In this document: positions 27,939-45,639 of the stretch, one piece after another
Layout of the letters: the number at the start of each line of letters is the position of its first letter
Position numbering within the stretch: the stretch's first letter is position 1
Source: the human T2T-CHM13v2.0 reference genome, Homo sapiens
NCBI RefSeq assembly: GCF_009914755.1
Contig: NC_060928.1
Length of the DNA: 64,000 nt
Direction: 5' to 3' (one strand)
Notes under the pieces: generated by a model
Told to the model about the DNA's origin: nothing
What the model saw: only the letters and a program-made list of their open reading frames with translations
The model's database searches: none
Translations under genes and position numbers: made by a program

Positions 27939-28166
27939 ATTTATTTATTATTTTTGAGGCAGAGTCTCCTCCTGTCACCGAGGCTGGAGTGCAGTGGTAA
28001 GATCTCTGATCATTGCATCCTCCACCTCCCGGGTGGAAGCGATTCTGCTGCCTCAGTCTCCTGAGTAGCCGGTGGCACGTGCCACCATGCCCGGCTAATT
28101 TTTGTATTTTTAGTAGAAACGGGGTTTTTGCCATGTTGACAAGGCTGGTCTCAAACTCCTGGCATC
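27939..28166 (-). mobile_element. 5'-truncated Alu
   Basis: Stops at AACTCCTGGCATC; TSD ACACACTTGC(T/A)ATTT at 27924-27938 and 28167-28181 shows truncation at insertion. Confidence 0.9.
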
Positions 28167-28284
28167 ACACACTTGCAATTTAGAGGAGACTTTTCTACTT
28201 TCTAATAAAGTAATATTGATATGTATAAAAGTGTTTATTTGTTCATAGATATCTTTAGGAAATCGTGGTAACATTGTTGCTATG

Positions 28285-28475
28285 TGCCAGGTATGATCAT
28301 GGCAAGTCACTTAATCTTTTTCTTCTCCGTTGATAAATTGATAAACTAAAGCTTATAATAGGAGCAACCTCATAAATGTGTTATACAAATTAAATGTATG
28401 AATGCATGCAATGCCCTTTCAAAAGAGCTCAGGAGCAAAGTAAGAACTCAATAATGGTAGAGATTTTTATTATGA
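28285..28475 (+). mobile_element. MIR
   Basis: GGCAAGTCACTTAATC...ACCTCATA...ATTAAATG...GTAAGAACTCAATAATGGTAG. Confidence 0.65.
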
Positions 28476-28524
28476 TTAAAATTAATATTTGTTAGGAGAA
28501 ACAAGAGGATTTAAATAATGATAG

Positions 28525-28740
28525 GACAATAAACACTGGGGACTTCTAGAAGGGGTGGTGGGGTGAGGAAAGGCTTGAAAAGCTAACTATTAGGTACTAT
28601 GCTCACTACCTGGGTGATGGGATTAATCCCGCCCCAACCCCACCATCATGAAATATACCCATGTAACAAACCTGCACATGTACCCCCCTGAATCTAAAAT
28701 AAAAGTTGACATTATTTAAAAAAATGAAAAAATAAATAAA
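28525..28740 (+). mobile_element. L1PB-like 3'-end fragment with A-tail
   Basis: GTACTATGCTCACTACCTGGGTGATGGGAT...AACCTGCACATGTACCCCCTGAATCTAAAATAAAAGTTGA. Confidence 0.85.
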
Positions 28741-29466
28741 TATCTATCGGTAAAGTGCTCTGGGCATTCAAAGGAGGAAGAGATTCTTTCTTCCAAATGT
28801 CACTGGAATGCCTCCCTCCTTCCTCCATTATTATCTCAGAAGGTCGCTTACCTGCTGAAGAGCTTGAGTTTATGGTTACACAGACCCTTAGGTCCTTAGG
28901 TCCACTCATAAAGAATCCTTCAGCAAGCTAATTGATCTCTTCGAGACCTGACTTCTTATAGCAATATATATAAAATGTCTGGTACAAAATCAGTAATCCA
29001 TGCATATCGATTTCTCATTAAAAGGCCCATTTTAATAGAATATGAGGCTGATTGAATGCTGTTTGGGGGTGTTAGGAGAAAAGAAGTCCTGAAAAATCAG
29101 AGAGAATTTGCTCAGATGAAAATAATTCAGTTGAATTTATTAAAAGAAACAGTAAATTGGAGAAAATAATAAGGATTATTCAAAACATATTAGTCATGTT
29201 TAGTGACCTAAAAAATGTTAGTACTGTATGTGTAATCTATGATGAGAAAAATGTCAAACTTTGGAGTCTTCAGTGTTTTCAATGATCACTCTGATTTTCA
29301 TTTTTAAAATTATTTCAATATGTATGTATGACCTTTTGTGAAAATACTCCCACAGGGATTAGGAATGCTGATTATTTTTCTGTTTGTGACCATTAAGAAG
29401 GGAAATGACTATTTCAGACCAGGAAAAGCAACCAAGTTCATGATGATGACTGTACAGTGTAGTATT

Positions 29467-29630
29467 ATCGATTGATCGATCGATCGATTGATCTATCTAT
29501 CTAATCAATCTATCTATCTAATGTGTGTATGTATATATATGGCTTATATATCTATATGGTTTATATATATGATTATATATCTATATGGTTTATATATATA
29601 TGGTGTGTGTGTATACATATATATATAAAC
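29467..29630. repeat. (ATCG/ATTG/ATCT)n tetranucleotide run followed by TA-rich repeat
   Basis: Directly visible. Confidence 0.85.
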
Positions 29631-29789
29631 CCCTCCACACAGTGACTTTTAGTAAAACGAAGTCTTTTGTTAGTGAGAATTTTTTTCAAATTATAAGAGA
29701 AGTAAGCTTTTGAAAATTCAGTGATAGCACAGTAAAATGAAAAAAAAATTGACAATAACAGAAAAGCTCAGGGAAATAATAAAAATATA

Positions 29790-30050
29790 TTAGTAAAATA
29801 TTTACAGTGTAATATAAATACACTATTTTATGTTTTTATATACTTTATAAACTTATTTATATATTTTATACATATTTTATATTACATATAAATAATATAT
29901 ATTTATATAAGTGTATGATTTTATATATGATTATATATAAAATATATAATTATATATATACATTCATATATTATACTACTTTATTTATTTCTATATCCTT
30001 TATATAGTTGATTTATGTTTATATATTTTATATTCTATATGCTTATTTTA
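29790..30050. repeat. AT-rich low-complexity tract
   Basis: Almost entirely A/T with degenerate TA repeats. Confidence 0.8.
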
Positions 30051-30169
30051 CTATTTTGCTCTTTTTTTTTTTTTTAGTCTCCTTAAACACTGTTAACCTT
30101 TCAGATCATTGTTATATTATCTCAAACTCATGGAATTCTAGTCTATGAACTGGCTAAGCTTATTCACTC

Positions 30170-30390
30170 AAGTGCCAGATTGTCTAGGTTTTAATTCCAT
30201 GTCTGCCATTTACAGCTTGTGTGATCTTGAGCAAGTTATGTAACATCTCTGCACCTCAGTTTCACATTCGAAAACTGGAATAACAATAATGCTTAGCTCA
30301 CAGAGTTGTTTTAAGGATTAAAATAGTTTTTAAGTAAGAGCAGAAGACCTGAAAGGACCTGTGGCATGGAGAGTCGGCTATCATCACTAA
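30170..30390 (+). mobile_element. MIR
   Basis: TGTGTGATCTTGAGCAAGTTATGTAACATCTCTGCACCTCAGTTTC...GTTGTTTTAAGGATTAAA. Confidence 0.85.
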
Positions 30391-30808
30391 GTTCTTACCT
30401 CCCCCAGACTGGGTTTCTTTTGCTTGCCTCTTCATGGTATCTGGAGATTACTCTCTTCTTCCTCTAGCAAAGCTATTCATGAAACATGTAACATTTTATG
30501 TAGAATTGCTAGGTGTTTGCAGTTGGAGGGTTTCCTGTTAGCCAAGCTTGGCATCTTGCTGAATATGGAATCCATTGAGGATATTTCTTATATCTACATT
30601 GGGACAGAACTTCTACCACTGTTAAAGGTAAAAGTTTATGTTAGTTTAACTTATTTTCTTTTACTGTGTGGACCTTTTACTATAGGCCCAGTATTTATTT
30701 ATTTATGCCTGCAAATGATCCCCAATGTCCACATATTCAATAGAACTATTACACTGCATTTATTCTTAGGAATAACACAAGTTAATTTATAATGTATAGA
30801 ATAACAGC

Positions 30809-30888
30809 GGCATCCACTAAAGATATTATGCTGACAAGATTACATTTAAAGTGTTAATGTGAGTGGTCAGAAAGTGCATGCTCTCTTC
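30809..30888 (+). repeat. 80-bp inverted repeat, copy A
   Basis: Reverse complement of 31953-32032, 77/80 identical by eye. Confidence 0.95.
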
Positions 30889-30943
30889 TAAATTCACATC
30901 AAAAGGGGAGTCAGAATCTTCATTACAATTCACCCTGATTGAG

Positions 30944-31375
30944 TGCTGAGAGCTTTCAAGCCCCACACTCTCCTTACCCTTCTGCCAACACTTGAAAGCT
31001 GGTAAGAAACCTAGGTGCTCCCTTCCTCCTTTAGGATGCCAGAAAGTTCAAATCTTTCAAGACCCCACCAGTATGAGACAACCTGCACCCAAACCCCACC
31101 TTTTAATCTCATTAAAAATCAAAGCAGTCTCCTTTCCGTGTTCTTTCAAGCCATTGTTGGACCTGACTGGGAGTTTCTCTGCCCTCCTCATAAAACCTCA
31201 TTATGTGAGTAATAATACTCGCTTGGCTTAGTTGAAATTCATTGTGTTGTATCCTGCAGTTTATTGTCTGTTTGCAAATGACAATAATTTGCAAAGGAAA
31301 CTATTTGCAAGTGTGGCATCATCTGCAAAAATTTTGGGTGGGGAGTCCCCCAGTATTTTTGAAGTGACCACAGCA
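30944..31375 (+). mobile_element. Old solo LTR (ERVL-like, family not resolved)
   Basis: TG...CA ends; CCTCATTATGTGAGTAATAA polyA-region motif; GTGTGGCATCATC...AATTTTGGGTGGG U5-like end. Confidence 0.55.
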
Positions 31376-31952
31376 GGTAGAGTAATTAGAGGGGGAAGAA
31401 ATGATTTTAAGGAGAAAAGGGTGAATCTAGTTTTGGTGGTAATGGTTCTGAAGCGATTTGGGTATGTATAATCAGTTGTCACAAATACAGTGGGAGATTG
31501 GGAGTGATGTCTGGGCAGGTGGCAGCTTGGATTCATCAGCATACAGGTAGAATCAAGGGCCTGGTGAAGATGAGATTACCCAGGGGGTACACACAGTGAG
31601 AGGAAAAGAGGGCCGGGTCCATTGCATCAGCTGAAATCTACCTCTATATTATTCACTCCTCCCTTTTTAATGTGGGCTTTATTCTTGATAATTTTTTGTT
31701 TTTTCTTGTGCTTGACTTAACTTCAACCTAAATTGAAGTCACAGATTAATATTAATCTCTATCTTTTAAGTCAATCCTTAAAAATCCTGGCGTCTACATC
31801 ATACGCAGGCAACTAAATTTAAAATTTCAGGGCTGTAACCCACACATTAGTAACTTTAAAATTTCCTTATGTGAATCCAATGTGCATCCAAGGTTCAGAA
31901 AAACCACTGTAGGTGAATTGAAATTAGTAGAAGTATAGGATATACTTCTTCC

Positions 31953-32032
31953 GAAGAGAGCATGCACTTTCTGACCACTCACATGAACACTTTAAATGTA
32001 ATCTTATCAGCATAATATCTTTAGTGGGTGCC
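31953..32032 (-). repeat. 80-bp inverted repeat, copy B
   Basis: Reverse complement of 30809-30888. Confidence 0.95.
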
Positions 32033-32225
32033 TCTACAAGCATAGGACATACTTCTACTAGGTTTTGATTTTTAAAATTTTAAATGTGTTTCACATCTTG
32101 TTTTGGAATGGATTTAAGGTATTTTATATGGCTAATTAAATTATAATTAATTATATGGCTAACTAAAATATAATTGCTGCCTTATCAATGAATTAACTTT
32201 TATCAAATTCAAATAGTAGGTCTTA

Positions 32226-32350
32226 ATATGCCCATTTTATAGTTAAGAAAATTGAGGCTGAGAGAGATCAAGTCACTTTCCAAATATGCACAACTAGTGA
32301 CTGACAGAGAAGTAATTTAAAACCAAGTTTCACTGGTTACTTCCATAAGT
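32226..32350 (-). mobile_element. MIR
   Basis: CCCATTTTATAGTTAAGAAAATTGAGGCTGAGAGAGATCAAGTCACTTTCCAA. Confidence 0.8.
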
Positions 32351-33589
32351 TAATTCACCTAACAGCATAGCTCAATGCTTCACAGGTTAGGAATCTAGGA
32401 TTTTGAATATTTTTTTTTCATAAAGTACCTGGAACTTTCCCCATATTCAATTTAACCTTCTCTCAAAATGCATGTAAAGTAATATTAAATTACAGCATTG
32501 CCAAATAAGGCATGATTTAATTCGCATTTTAAAGAATTTGGAGGTGTTTGTGAAAAAGTGACCCATAGCGTAGAAATCTTATTATAAGGGTAATTTTCCT
32601 TATTTTTAAGTAAAAGTTCAAATTTTTCTGCCAAACGGCCTTGGGCATTTAAATATCTATTAGAATGTCTTCCCATATTCATATCTTCTATTTCTGAGAA
32701 ACAATCATAGCTTTAGACAACTTTAGGAATAATTTTTGACCTCTTATAACAACAGAGTTGACCTTCTGGTTATTCTCTCACTAGTAGGAAATCCCCAGAG
32801 TTTCTTTTTTATGAAACAGCTAAAAAACATTTAGTTCGACTGCCATCAAAGTATCTTCTATTCCACTGTTGTTACTCAACTCCAGTGCCCTTAAATTCTC
32901 TAAATCTGAGGATCATGATTTAAGAAGGGAAGATCAAGCTCTTCCTGGAACGTTTCCAGTGGAGGATTAGCTATCACAGTTTAGCATAATGGGATGATTC
33001 ATGTGTTACATTGAGTTTATAACTTTGCATCTTCATAAAAGTTTTACTTAGATTATAAAATCTCTTGGAAAACAATAAAAGTGTAATTCTAGAAAAATAC
33101 ACGAACCACATATTTCAAATAATTGGATTTTGGTTTAAAATAATGGTCAATTGGCTATTTCTGATTTTAAGAATGACTTAAATTGGGGGGCATATATTTC
33201 TTTAGACCATAGAATAAATGTGCTGTAAATAATTTTTCTCTCATAAAAGGGTTCTCAGTCCAGAGTTGAGTATCAAAGGCAAAAATGGTACACTGAAAGT
33301 GTTTGAAATTGTTCAAATTAAGAGAAAAATTTCTTCAGCAGAAAGGTATGAGAGATAAATAAAAAATAAAAAATTGTAAAAAATAAAGAGAAAACCTTTC
33401 TTGTTTTTTTCCAAATGCGATTTTTCCAAATTTCTTCAGAATGTTTCAGAAATCTTTATCTACCCTCCTCTGAGATAGAAAAGCTAAGAATATTAAGTAG
33501 CTAGAAGTTAAGAAATTCAGTACTAGAGGTTGTGCTGAGCGAAGAGTCGTGTTGATGAATTCGGTGCTTACTACTGCAAAATCCTGGAT

Positions 33590-34312
33590 CGAGGGTGTTA
33601 TCTTGATTTGTCTAAATTGTGATTCCCTCTGTCTGCCACTGATTGGTCCAGGAGCCTTAGGGCTGAGCCAATTGGTGCATAGCGTCACCTGGACATGTGA
33701 ATTGGTTTAAATGCTTCAAAGAGTTCTTGGAAGGGAAGAAGCAGTAATAGTTATAGTTTCTTATATTTTTATTTTTTTTTTTTGAGATGGAGTCTCACTC
33801 TGTTACCCAGGCTGGAGTGCAGTGGCCCAATCTGGATCACTGCAACCTCCACCTCCCGGGTTCATGCCATTCTCCTGCCTCAGCGTCCCGAGTAGCTGGG
33901 ATTACAGGCATGCGCCATCATTCCCAGCTAATTTCCTCATTTTTAGTAGAGACGGGGTTTCACCTTGCTGGCCAGGCTGGTCTCGAACTCCTGACCTCAT
34001 GATCTGCCCGCTTCGGCCTCTCAAAGTGTTGGAATTACAGGCGTGAGCCACCGCACCTGGCCTGCAATCTTTCTTTCCATACTTTTTTTTTATGTATAGA
34101 AATAAGACCTGGAATTTTTTTTAGCTATCTTCTACCAGCGTGTTGATGTTGTCAACACACAGAAAGAGCAGAGAAGAAAATCTAGAGAAATGGAGTTGGA
34201 ACTTTGACTAAATCATGATTGATCGTTCCCAATCAGTGAACATTTTAGTTATATTCTCTATTAGTTCAGACAATTTAAATTAGATTTTTCTGTTACTTGT
34301 GTCCAAAGCATG
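33590..34312 (+). mobile_element. Degenerate MLT1 (J/K-like) LTR split by an Alu
   Basis: CCACTGATTGGTCCAGG and terminal AATTTAAATTAGATTTTTCTGTTACTTGTGTCCAAAG resemble old MLT1 LTRs. Confidence 0.4.
33764..34062 (-). mobile_element. AluS (Sg/Sc-like)
   Basis: Full antisense dimer with T tail. Confidence 0.93.
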
Positions 34313-34699
34313 ACTTTTGGATATAATGTCACTGTGTTTCCACAGCTTAGCTGTATAAAATATGAGCCAAAATACCTTCCCTGAGCAATTTGTAGATTTT
34401 TTTCTTACATTGACTATGGTTGTAAAGAATACACCTTACAAGTTACCTGATTTTTTTCTTCATTAATGATAGTATTTTTCTTCATATTTAAAAATACAAT
34501 AATTTTGCCAGTGCGTATTGATTGCTCCATAACAATTTTCCCCAAGAATATGTGTGTCCTTTCACATACAGATTTAATTCATTTAAGTTTAGAAATTTTT
34601 CTTCTAGAATACATATAAATACATTTCGTTTCTTTTTTCTCAATTATGTATACTTTAGATCTTCTTTTCCTAATACAGCTATACATTTTTCAACTCTTT

Positions 34700-35560
34700 T
34701 AAACTTATGATGTAAAGAAATTAGAAATTAATAACAAATGTAGAAAACAACAACATTGCTACACTGTTACTTCAAATTTTAAAAAATCCTTAAAACAATT
34801 TTTAGAATAAAAATAAATTCAAATGTAAAATATTTAGAAAATAACAATAGCAATAACAATATATAGTAACCCATGGGTAGAAGAAGTATCCAAAAGTAGA
34901 AGAACTCATTCAGAATCTTAAATATACATTAAGAACAAAACAATACAAATGAATAAAAATTTAAAAGAGAGATTTAGAAAAGAGAAAAAACCCAACTTAA
35001 ACAATTATGAAAGACTATATTATTAAAAATAAAATATAAATTTATAAATAAAATCAGAAAAAAACTAATAAAATAAAATTCTACAGACTAATAAGCGAAA
35101 TCAGTAGTTGGCCTTATCAGCAAGCACTGGATAACAGTACTGCCAAAAGAAAAAAAAAAAGAGTTGGCTCTATTAGAAAAGCAATGATAATTTAACATAG
35201 GAGAGGTCGACCTAATCAAGAAAAAAGTAGAAATACTGTAACGAAGAAATAAAGTACAGAGTAAAGTCAATTATGACATACTACTTTATATAATTCTATG
35301 AAAAAAATTTGAAAACCTTGGTGAAGCTGAGGACCAAATAAAATATAAATAACCAAATTGAAAGTTTAAATGTCTCACATTGCTAAAGACAGTACCATGA
35401 TGAATTCTGTCAAACCTTCAAAAGACAATGCCAATTTTATTTTCATAATACCAGATCATGAAATAGAATTCAATCTTCCAAATTCTTTTTACAAAGTCAA
35501 GCCACCATTTATAATAGACCTTGTGAAAGACAACACAAGAAAATAAAACTTTAAACCATC
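34700..35560 (+). mobile_element. Highly degenerate ancient L1 ORF2 fragment
   Basis: A-rich; GAATTCTGTCAAACCTTCAA...CTTCCAAATTCTTTTTACAAAG resembles ORF2. Confidence 0.45.
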
Positions 35561-35561
35561 T

Positions 35562-36115
35562 TGTATCTGTCAAGTTTCCATCAGGAGAGAAAGACCAGTA
35601 TGAATTAAGGGGTAAAAAAGTTATTATAGGAATTAGACTTTACACAGTGTTGGGGGAAGCTGGATGGAGGGGAACTGAAAGTTGAACTAGGGAGTTGGGA
35701 GATCAGAGGCATCACCAACCTGTTAATATGAGTAGCCCAGCACATTTAGTTGCTGAAAGGGAACCAGAAAGGGTAGACTGGAGAAGTCTACAGACAGCTG
35801 TTCTCTCTGAGCTCCTGCAGCCAAATGTCTGGTGATGGGCCTGCAGTGACTGTTGGCCAGCAGGGCCAGCAGTGAAGATGAAGACCTCCACGCAGAGCAG
35901 AAGAGAGTGAAGACAAGCTGGAACTTTCCAGGTAACCCTGTGCCTCTCCTTTACCTCATGTAACCATGATGATCTTCAAACAATAATGGCCATTGCTTCA
36001 CTTGCACCTACCAAATATCACAAAAATTCTTCTTTTGGCCAATTCTAACAAAGAACAGTATAAAGAAGGGGATGCTGAGGAACATTCCTTCCAACTAAAT
36101 CAAGTTGGCACTCAG
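35562..36115 (-). mobile_element. Old ERVL-class LTR (3' LTR of relic provirus)
   Basis: TGTATCTGTCAAG...TTATTATAGGAATTAGAC start; GGCCAATTCTAAC...AAGGGGATGCTGAGGAA end; abuts ERVL internal sequence. Confidence 0.55.
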
Positions 36116-36211
36116 CATAGTCTAACTCTTCAGTATGACATTAGCATAGAGCTTTTTCAATCATATTTAACTTCCAAATAAAGGCAGCAACAAAATCATG
36201 CTTTTGCCTAA

Positions 36212-36627
<416 letters not shown>

Positions 36628-37126
36628 TTATCCACCTTTGTGTGATACACATTTCTCTTCTAGCTGAGTCATATTCCTCTTTGCTATCCGGTAACATACA
36701 TAGTGAGAGAGAAGTTTAACCACTATTAACATATCTTATATAGTAGAAGAGGGAAATGTGATAAAATTAGAGAAAGAATCGATAAATATATTCACTCTTT
36801 CATATACACACATATTTAAAACACAGTAAGAAAGAAATACTCAACTACTACAGCCCTTGTTTCCAACTAGTCAGTTGGTTGTAACTGACTATTATGTTTC
36901 TTTTTCCATACCAACTCCATATTCCTTTTGCCCTAGCGAACACCTCCGGTGGTTAGGTTCCTTACCTGGTAGGGTGAAACATATCTTCATTTCTTATTCA
37001 CCAATATGGATTGTTATATTTTTTCATGGCCCTTAAGACATGGGGACTATTAAGTGAGAACTTAAAGGATCTTCTAAATTTCTCCCTGATCTCATTGTAT
37101 GATAGAAACCAGTTTCTCCTTCATAA

Positions 37127-37490
<364 letters not shown>

Positions 37491-38541
37491 AAACTTCTTT
37501 GTTATTGATTGAGTGGTGTGAGGACCCCAAGTAGCCAGGTGGCAATTTCAGTTTCTACTTAAATAGAATCATTGATGTGCCCATTGGTGAACACATTCCT
37601 TCTTTGGGAACCAAGACCTCTATAGAAGCAAAGCCCAAAACTGAGGGTAAAACAAACAAAATCTTGTTAGTGAATCATACAGATAATGATGAGAGGAGTC
37701 ACTCTGGCTTCTACCTTTTGATTCTTGGACCCATAATCCCAAAATAGCACCAGTATATTGATTGCTGATTCAGAGTATATATCATATTCTGGTAAAAGCA
37801 TCCCAGATCTGTAAAGTATTGTTACCCAACTGAATTTTCAAAAGTCCTTTCTACGATAATTTTTCACATTTGCAAATACAGAAAACCATAAAGATGGCAA
37901 TTGACATAATCCTTGTGGAAGGCCATCAAGTAGTGATAACCACAATTACACTTTTGGCATATGTTCAGGTTATGTGTGTGCTTACGGAATGTGGAAGTAT
38001 CCAGTCTACGTATCTCTATAAAAATTGCTTTCTATATGTATGTTTATCCATCTGCACTTTTACCAATGACATATTAAAATGTTCATTGCAAGTTATTTTT
38101 ACCAGAATGGCTCTTTGTTGGGGAAAAGGCGAAGTTCTTAGGCAAAAAATTTTGTTTTCATATGCATTTTTGATTAGGAGAGGTGAACAACTTTTCATGC
38201 TTTTAAACTAGTTATAATTACTTGTCAATTATCAGCTTCCCTTTTTCTCGTTTATTAGGATCCTGTATTTACTAGTCCTTCATATGACCTCTATAAATAA
38301 ATATAGTGAGAGTCTAGGTGTTCCCGTTTTTTACATTATTATGGGGGTGCATAATGTAGAATATGTTTTTACATTTAATGTACCATAGCTTTTTTATTTC
38401 TTTATAGCTTGTAAATCTAAAAAGTCATTTTATCCTTCAGAGGATTGATATTCAATTTTATGTTGCCTAAATTTTTATGGTTTTTCTATATTTAATACTT
38501 GAATCTATATGTTATGCAAATTTTTAAACTACATATAATAA

Positions 38542-38970
<429 letters not shown>

Positions 38971-39527
38971 AGAAATTCTAAACAAATATTAAATAATATA
39001 GGTGATACAAAATGAGTTTTGTTATTATTTTAGTAGCAAATATTTTATTTGTTTCAGCCAATGTATTGGCTAGACAATTATGTTAGATGATTTTTTTATA
39101 TTTTATGTTTTCTACTCCAGATTTGTCTTGTTAGGGAGCAATTTTATCCAAAATGTGCGATTTCAAATGTTATTTCATGTGGATTCTCTATGATTTTGAT
39201 ATGATCTTAGAGTATTATAAACAATATTATAAAACAGTATTATAAATAATATTATTATATTATAAAATAAATTTTGGCTGCCATTGAAATCATTTTATCT
39301 TTTAAAAATATTAAATTTAATTTCATACAGTATGCTTATTTTTACTTTAAAAACAGTGACATATTACTAAGAAAATGAGACTAATTGCACATTAGTATCT
39401 CAAGAATCAATAATATAACAATGTCTACAGCAACTAGGATGCAAAATTAATGTATTTATCTTTATCTTTTACTTTCCATTGTTAAAACAGCATTTAGAAG
39501 TGAACAGTATTTCTCAGGAATATCCAA

Positions 39528-39889
39528 TGTCTTAGTTCCGGTTACTCTAACAAAGTGCCATAAACTGGGTGGCTGATAATGAAATTTGTTTCTCACCATT
39601 TGGAAGCTGGAGTTTGAAAGCAGGGTGTCAGTAAGGTCAGCTTCTGGTGAGGGCTGTCTTCTGGGTTGCAGGCTGCAGGCTTCTGATTCTATGGAGAACC
39701 AGGTTCCAGGGCAGAAAGACATTGAACTAGCTCTTGGGCCTCTTCTAATCGTGACGCTAATTCCATTCATAAGGGCTCTACCCTCATGAACTGATTACCT
39801 CCTACAGGCCCACCTCCAAACACCATCACATTGAAATTAGAGTTTCAACATATGAAGATTGGAAGGACAGAAATATTCACTCCATGGCG
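39528..39889 (-). mobile_element. MaLR solo LTR (MLT1A-like)
   Basis: TGTCTTAGT...CATAAACTGGGTGGCT...TTCTGGTGAGGGCTG...TTTCAACATATGAA. Confidence 0.85.
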
Positions 39890-39932
39890 TGTCAACAAAA
39901 ATAAGTGTGTCTTTGCATATAATTTGTGGAGG

Positions 39933-43085
<3,153 letters not shown>

Positions 43086-45639
43086 AGATATTTATAAGAG
43101 TATAAAGCTTCATCAAAACCAAGTAAATATATTACAGATATGAAATATACATATATGAAAATAGAGAATATTAAAAGGCATAGTTTACTGAAGATTTATT
43201 CAACATTTTAAAAATCTTGGAAAGGCCACTAAAATCTAAAAAGGATATGTACATATATAATGATGCAAAGTTGTCTCATACTACATAAAGCTTTGTGCCA
43301 AATCTATGAAAATTCAAGGGATTAAACAAAATTAATCAGAGGCTTATAAAATTATCTAAATCATCTCCCCTTATGGTGCATAAAGTTTACAATATAAAAA
43401 TATTCTCTAGCTGGAGACAGTTTCATAAGTATTTGTTGGAACAACCTGTGTCAAACAATTTTTCTTTTACCAATTCATTTATTTTCTTTGTGATCATAAG
43501 CCTTCTGAACCATGAGAACATTCTGGAACCATAAGTATATGGTCTCCAAACACCTTCACGGTAGAAACTTCCATCCTGTGAACTTGCTCTGAGGGTTGCA
43601 TACCTGCCAAATCTCCTATAATTACAGAAGGGCTTCCATAGGAGGTAAGTTCAAGCACTGCTGTAGTGTTTTATTTTGGTGATGTTTCCTTACAGATTTC
43701 TACAATTTACTTTTGTTTGTGTAGTTTTCTTCCTATTCTACTTGCCAGTAATATGATTTTTTAAACTCTACATTTGACTTATTGAAGTATAATTAAGGTT
43801 GTAATACGTCACTATGTAAATAAATTCTAAAACAAATGTTGAGTAGACTTTATGAAAGTAAAGGGAATCCATACTTGTGTTTTTAATTTCCATACCTACA
43901 CTGACCTCTTTCTTTTCAACCGTCTTTGTTAATCTACCTAGCGTTTAACCTTTTAGACACATCTCTTTTTGGAATGTATAAGTCTTAATTTTCTCTTTCT
44001 TCTCTCTCTGTCTCTTGCTGTCTTTTCTTCTCTATTTTGCATAAAGATTGGTAAATTTATTTGAACCTTTTCTAAGACATATCCCTTTGTGTGTAACTGG
44101 TTCCAAAGCTCATTGCAATGATTTTTCTGTTGTGAGTTCTAATATTTGATTCTTCAGTATGATTTTGTACATCTTTTCAAGCAGTTTTAGTTTCAGAAAG
44201 CATATTTTTGTAGTATTTTCCCCAAAACCTTACATATATGAGAATATCTTTTTCTTTACATAGGTATATGAATTTAACTAGGGTACGATTTCTTAGTTTC
44301 CCCTTTTTTCAACTCACTGTTTTGTGAGATTTGCTGGTTTGTAGGAGGAAAATTGTAAAAAAAAAATCTTAATTTTGATCTTTGCAGATAACTTCTTTGT
44401 ATATGCATACAGAAGTTTTGTTTGAAATTTAAATAATTGTTGAAGTTATGTCTCTGGGTCATCTTAATGAATTCTGACAGCAATATAATGAAACGAAATC
44501 TTCATGCCAAAACTAACACTTGTCAGTTGGACCTCTCTATAGTCTGTAACGTATTTTATTTCCTCTCCCTTTAGTGAAGTTCATCTGACATTTTTCTCAA
44601 GTTAGTCCTCTACTTCCTGAATTTGATTTTCTGCCAGCATACTGCTCTTCTCTCTGACCTGGATGGCTTTTCCAGCACAGTGTTAGATAGTTATGCTGCG
44701 GTTCCATTTTTGCCAGCAGACTAACCCCAGACTCTAAATCCCAGTAGCAATGTCTTCAGCTTGTGGGTGGTACTGGCTTCTTGCTGTTAGTATTCTGTGG
44801 GTTGCCTCATAAGTCTTTTTTTTTTTTTTTTTTTTGACTTCATGGTATGTTTATCACCTGTGTGTAAATAATTATAGAAATCTCTTCCGTTTTAAATATT
44901 TCATAAGGTTTCTGTTTTCCTGGTTGGACCCTGACTAATACAACTTCCCAGTGCTTACTATTCATATTTTGGTCTGTAGACAATAACTTTTATTTTGCCA
45001 AAATAGGATCGTCTGTTCATAAAGTTCTACAACATGCTTTATTTCTGTGACATTGTTTATTCTACCTTCATCTTAATGGCAGAATAACATTTCTTCATGC
45101 TGGTATATCTTAATTTACTTAATGAATTGATTCTTGGTGGGCATTTATATGGTTTCTAAATGTTCTATTATTATAAACCTTCCTTCTTCCTTTACATGTA
45201 TCTTTCAGCATTTTTTCACCTGTGATTTCCTACATTGGAAACTTTGTGGAATTAAAATTGGGTAAAAATATGATTTTTTATTTTAAATAATGCATAATCC
45301 TAAATTTCCAGCAAAAATTATACCAATGTATTATATCCCCCAAAGTGTCTGACAAATAGATGGAAAATACCTCATTTTCATTTTAATTTATTTTTTATTA
45401 TATTATCAGTGAGACTAAAGTTGCGTTCAAATGCTTAGTGGCCAGTTGTTTCTTATCCTGAGAATTGCCTATTTGTGCGCTTTCTCTACCCTTTTAATGA
45501 GGTTTTCTGGCTTTTATTTTTGATTTATAAATAATCTTTACATATGATAAATATTAGCTCTTTGCTATATATATTTTAACCACTTGTGTTTATTTTGTGT
45601 GTCTCATGGGTCCAATATAATTTTGAAGTCAGGCTTTCT

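Noticed and set aside
30424-30792. 122-aa ORF in non-repeat DNA
   Set aside because: Starts at TTG, low-complexity hydrophobic composition typical of AT-rich non-coding DNA, no recognisable domain
30809-32032. Inverted repeats as termini of a novel DNA transposon
   Set aside because: No TSD around the pair, no transposase, and the spacer holds older repeats than the 96%-identical arms; a templated duplication fits better
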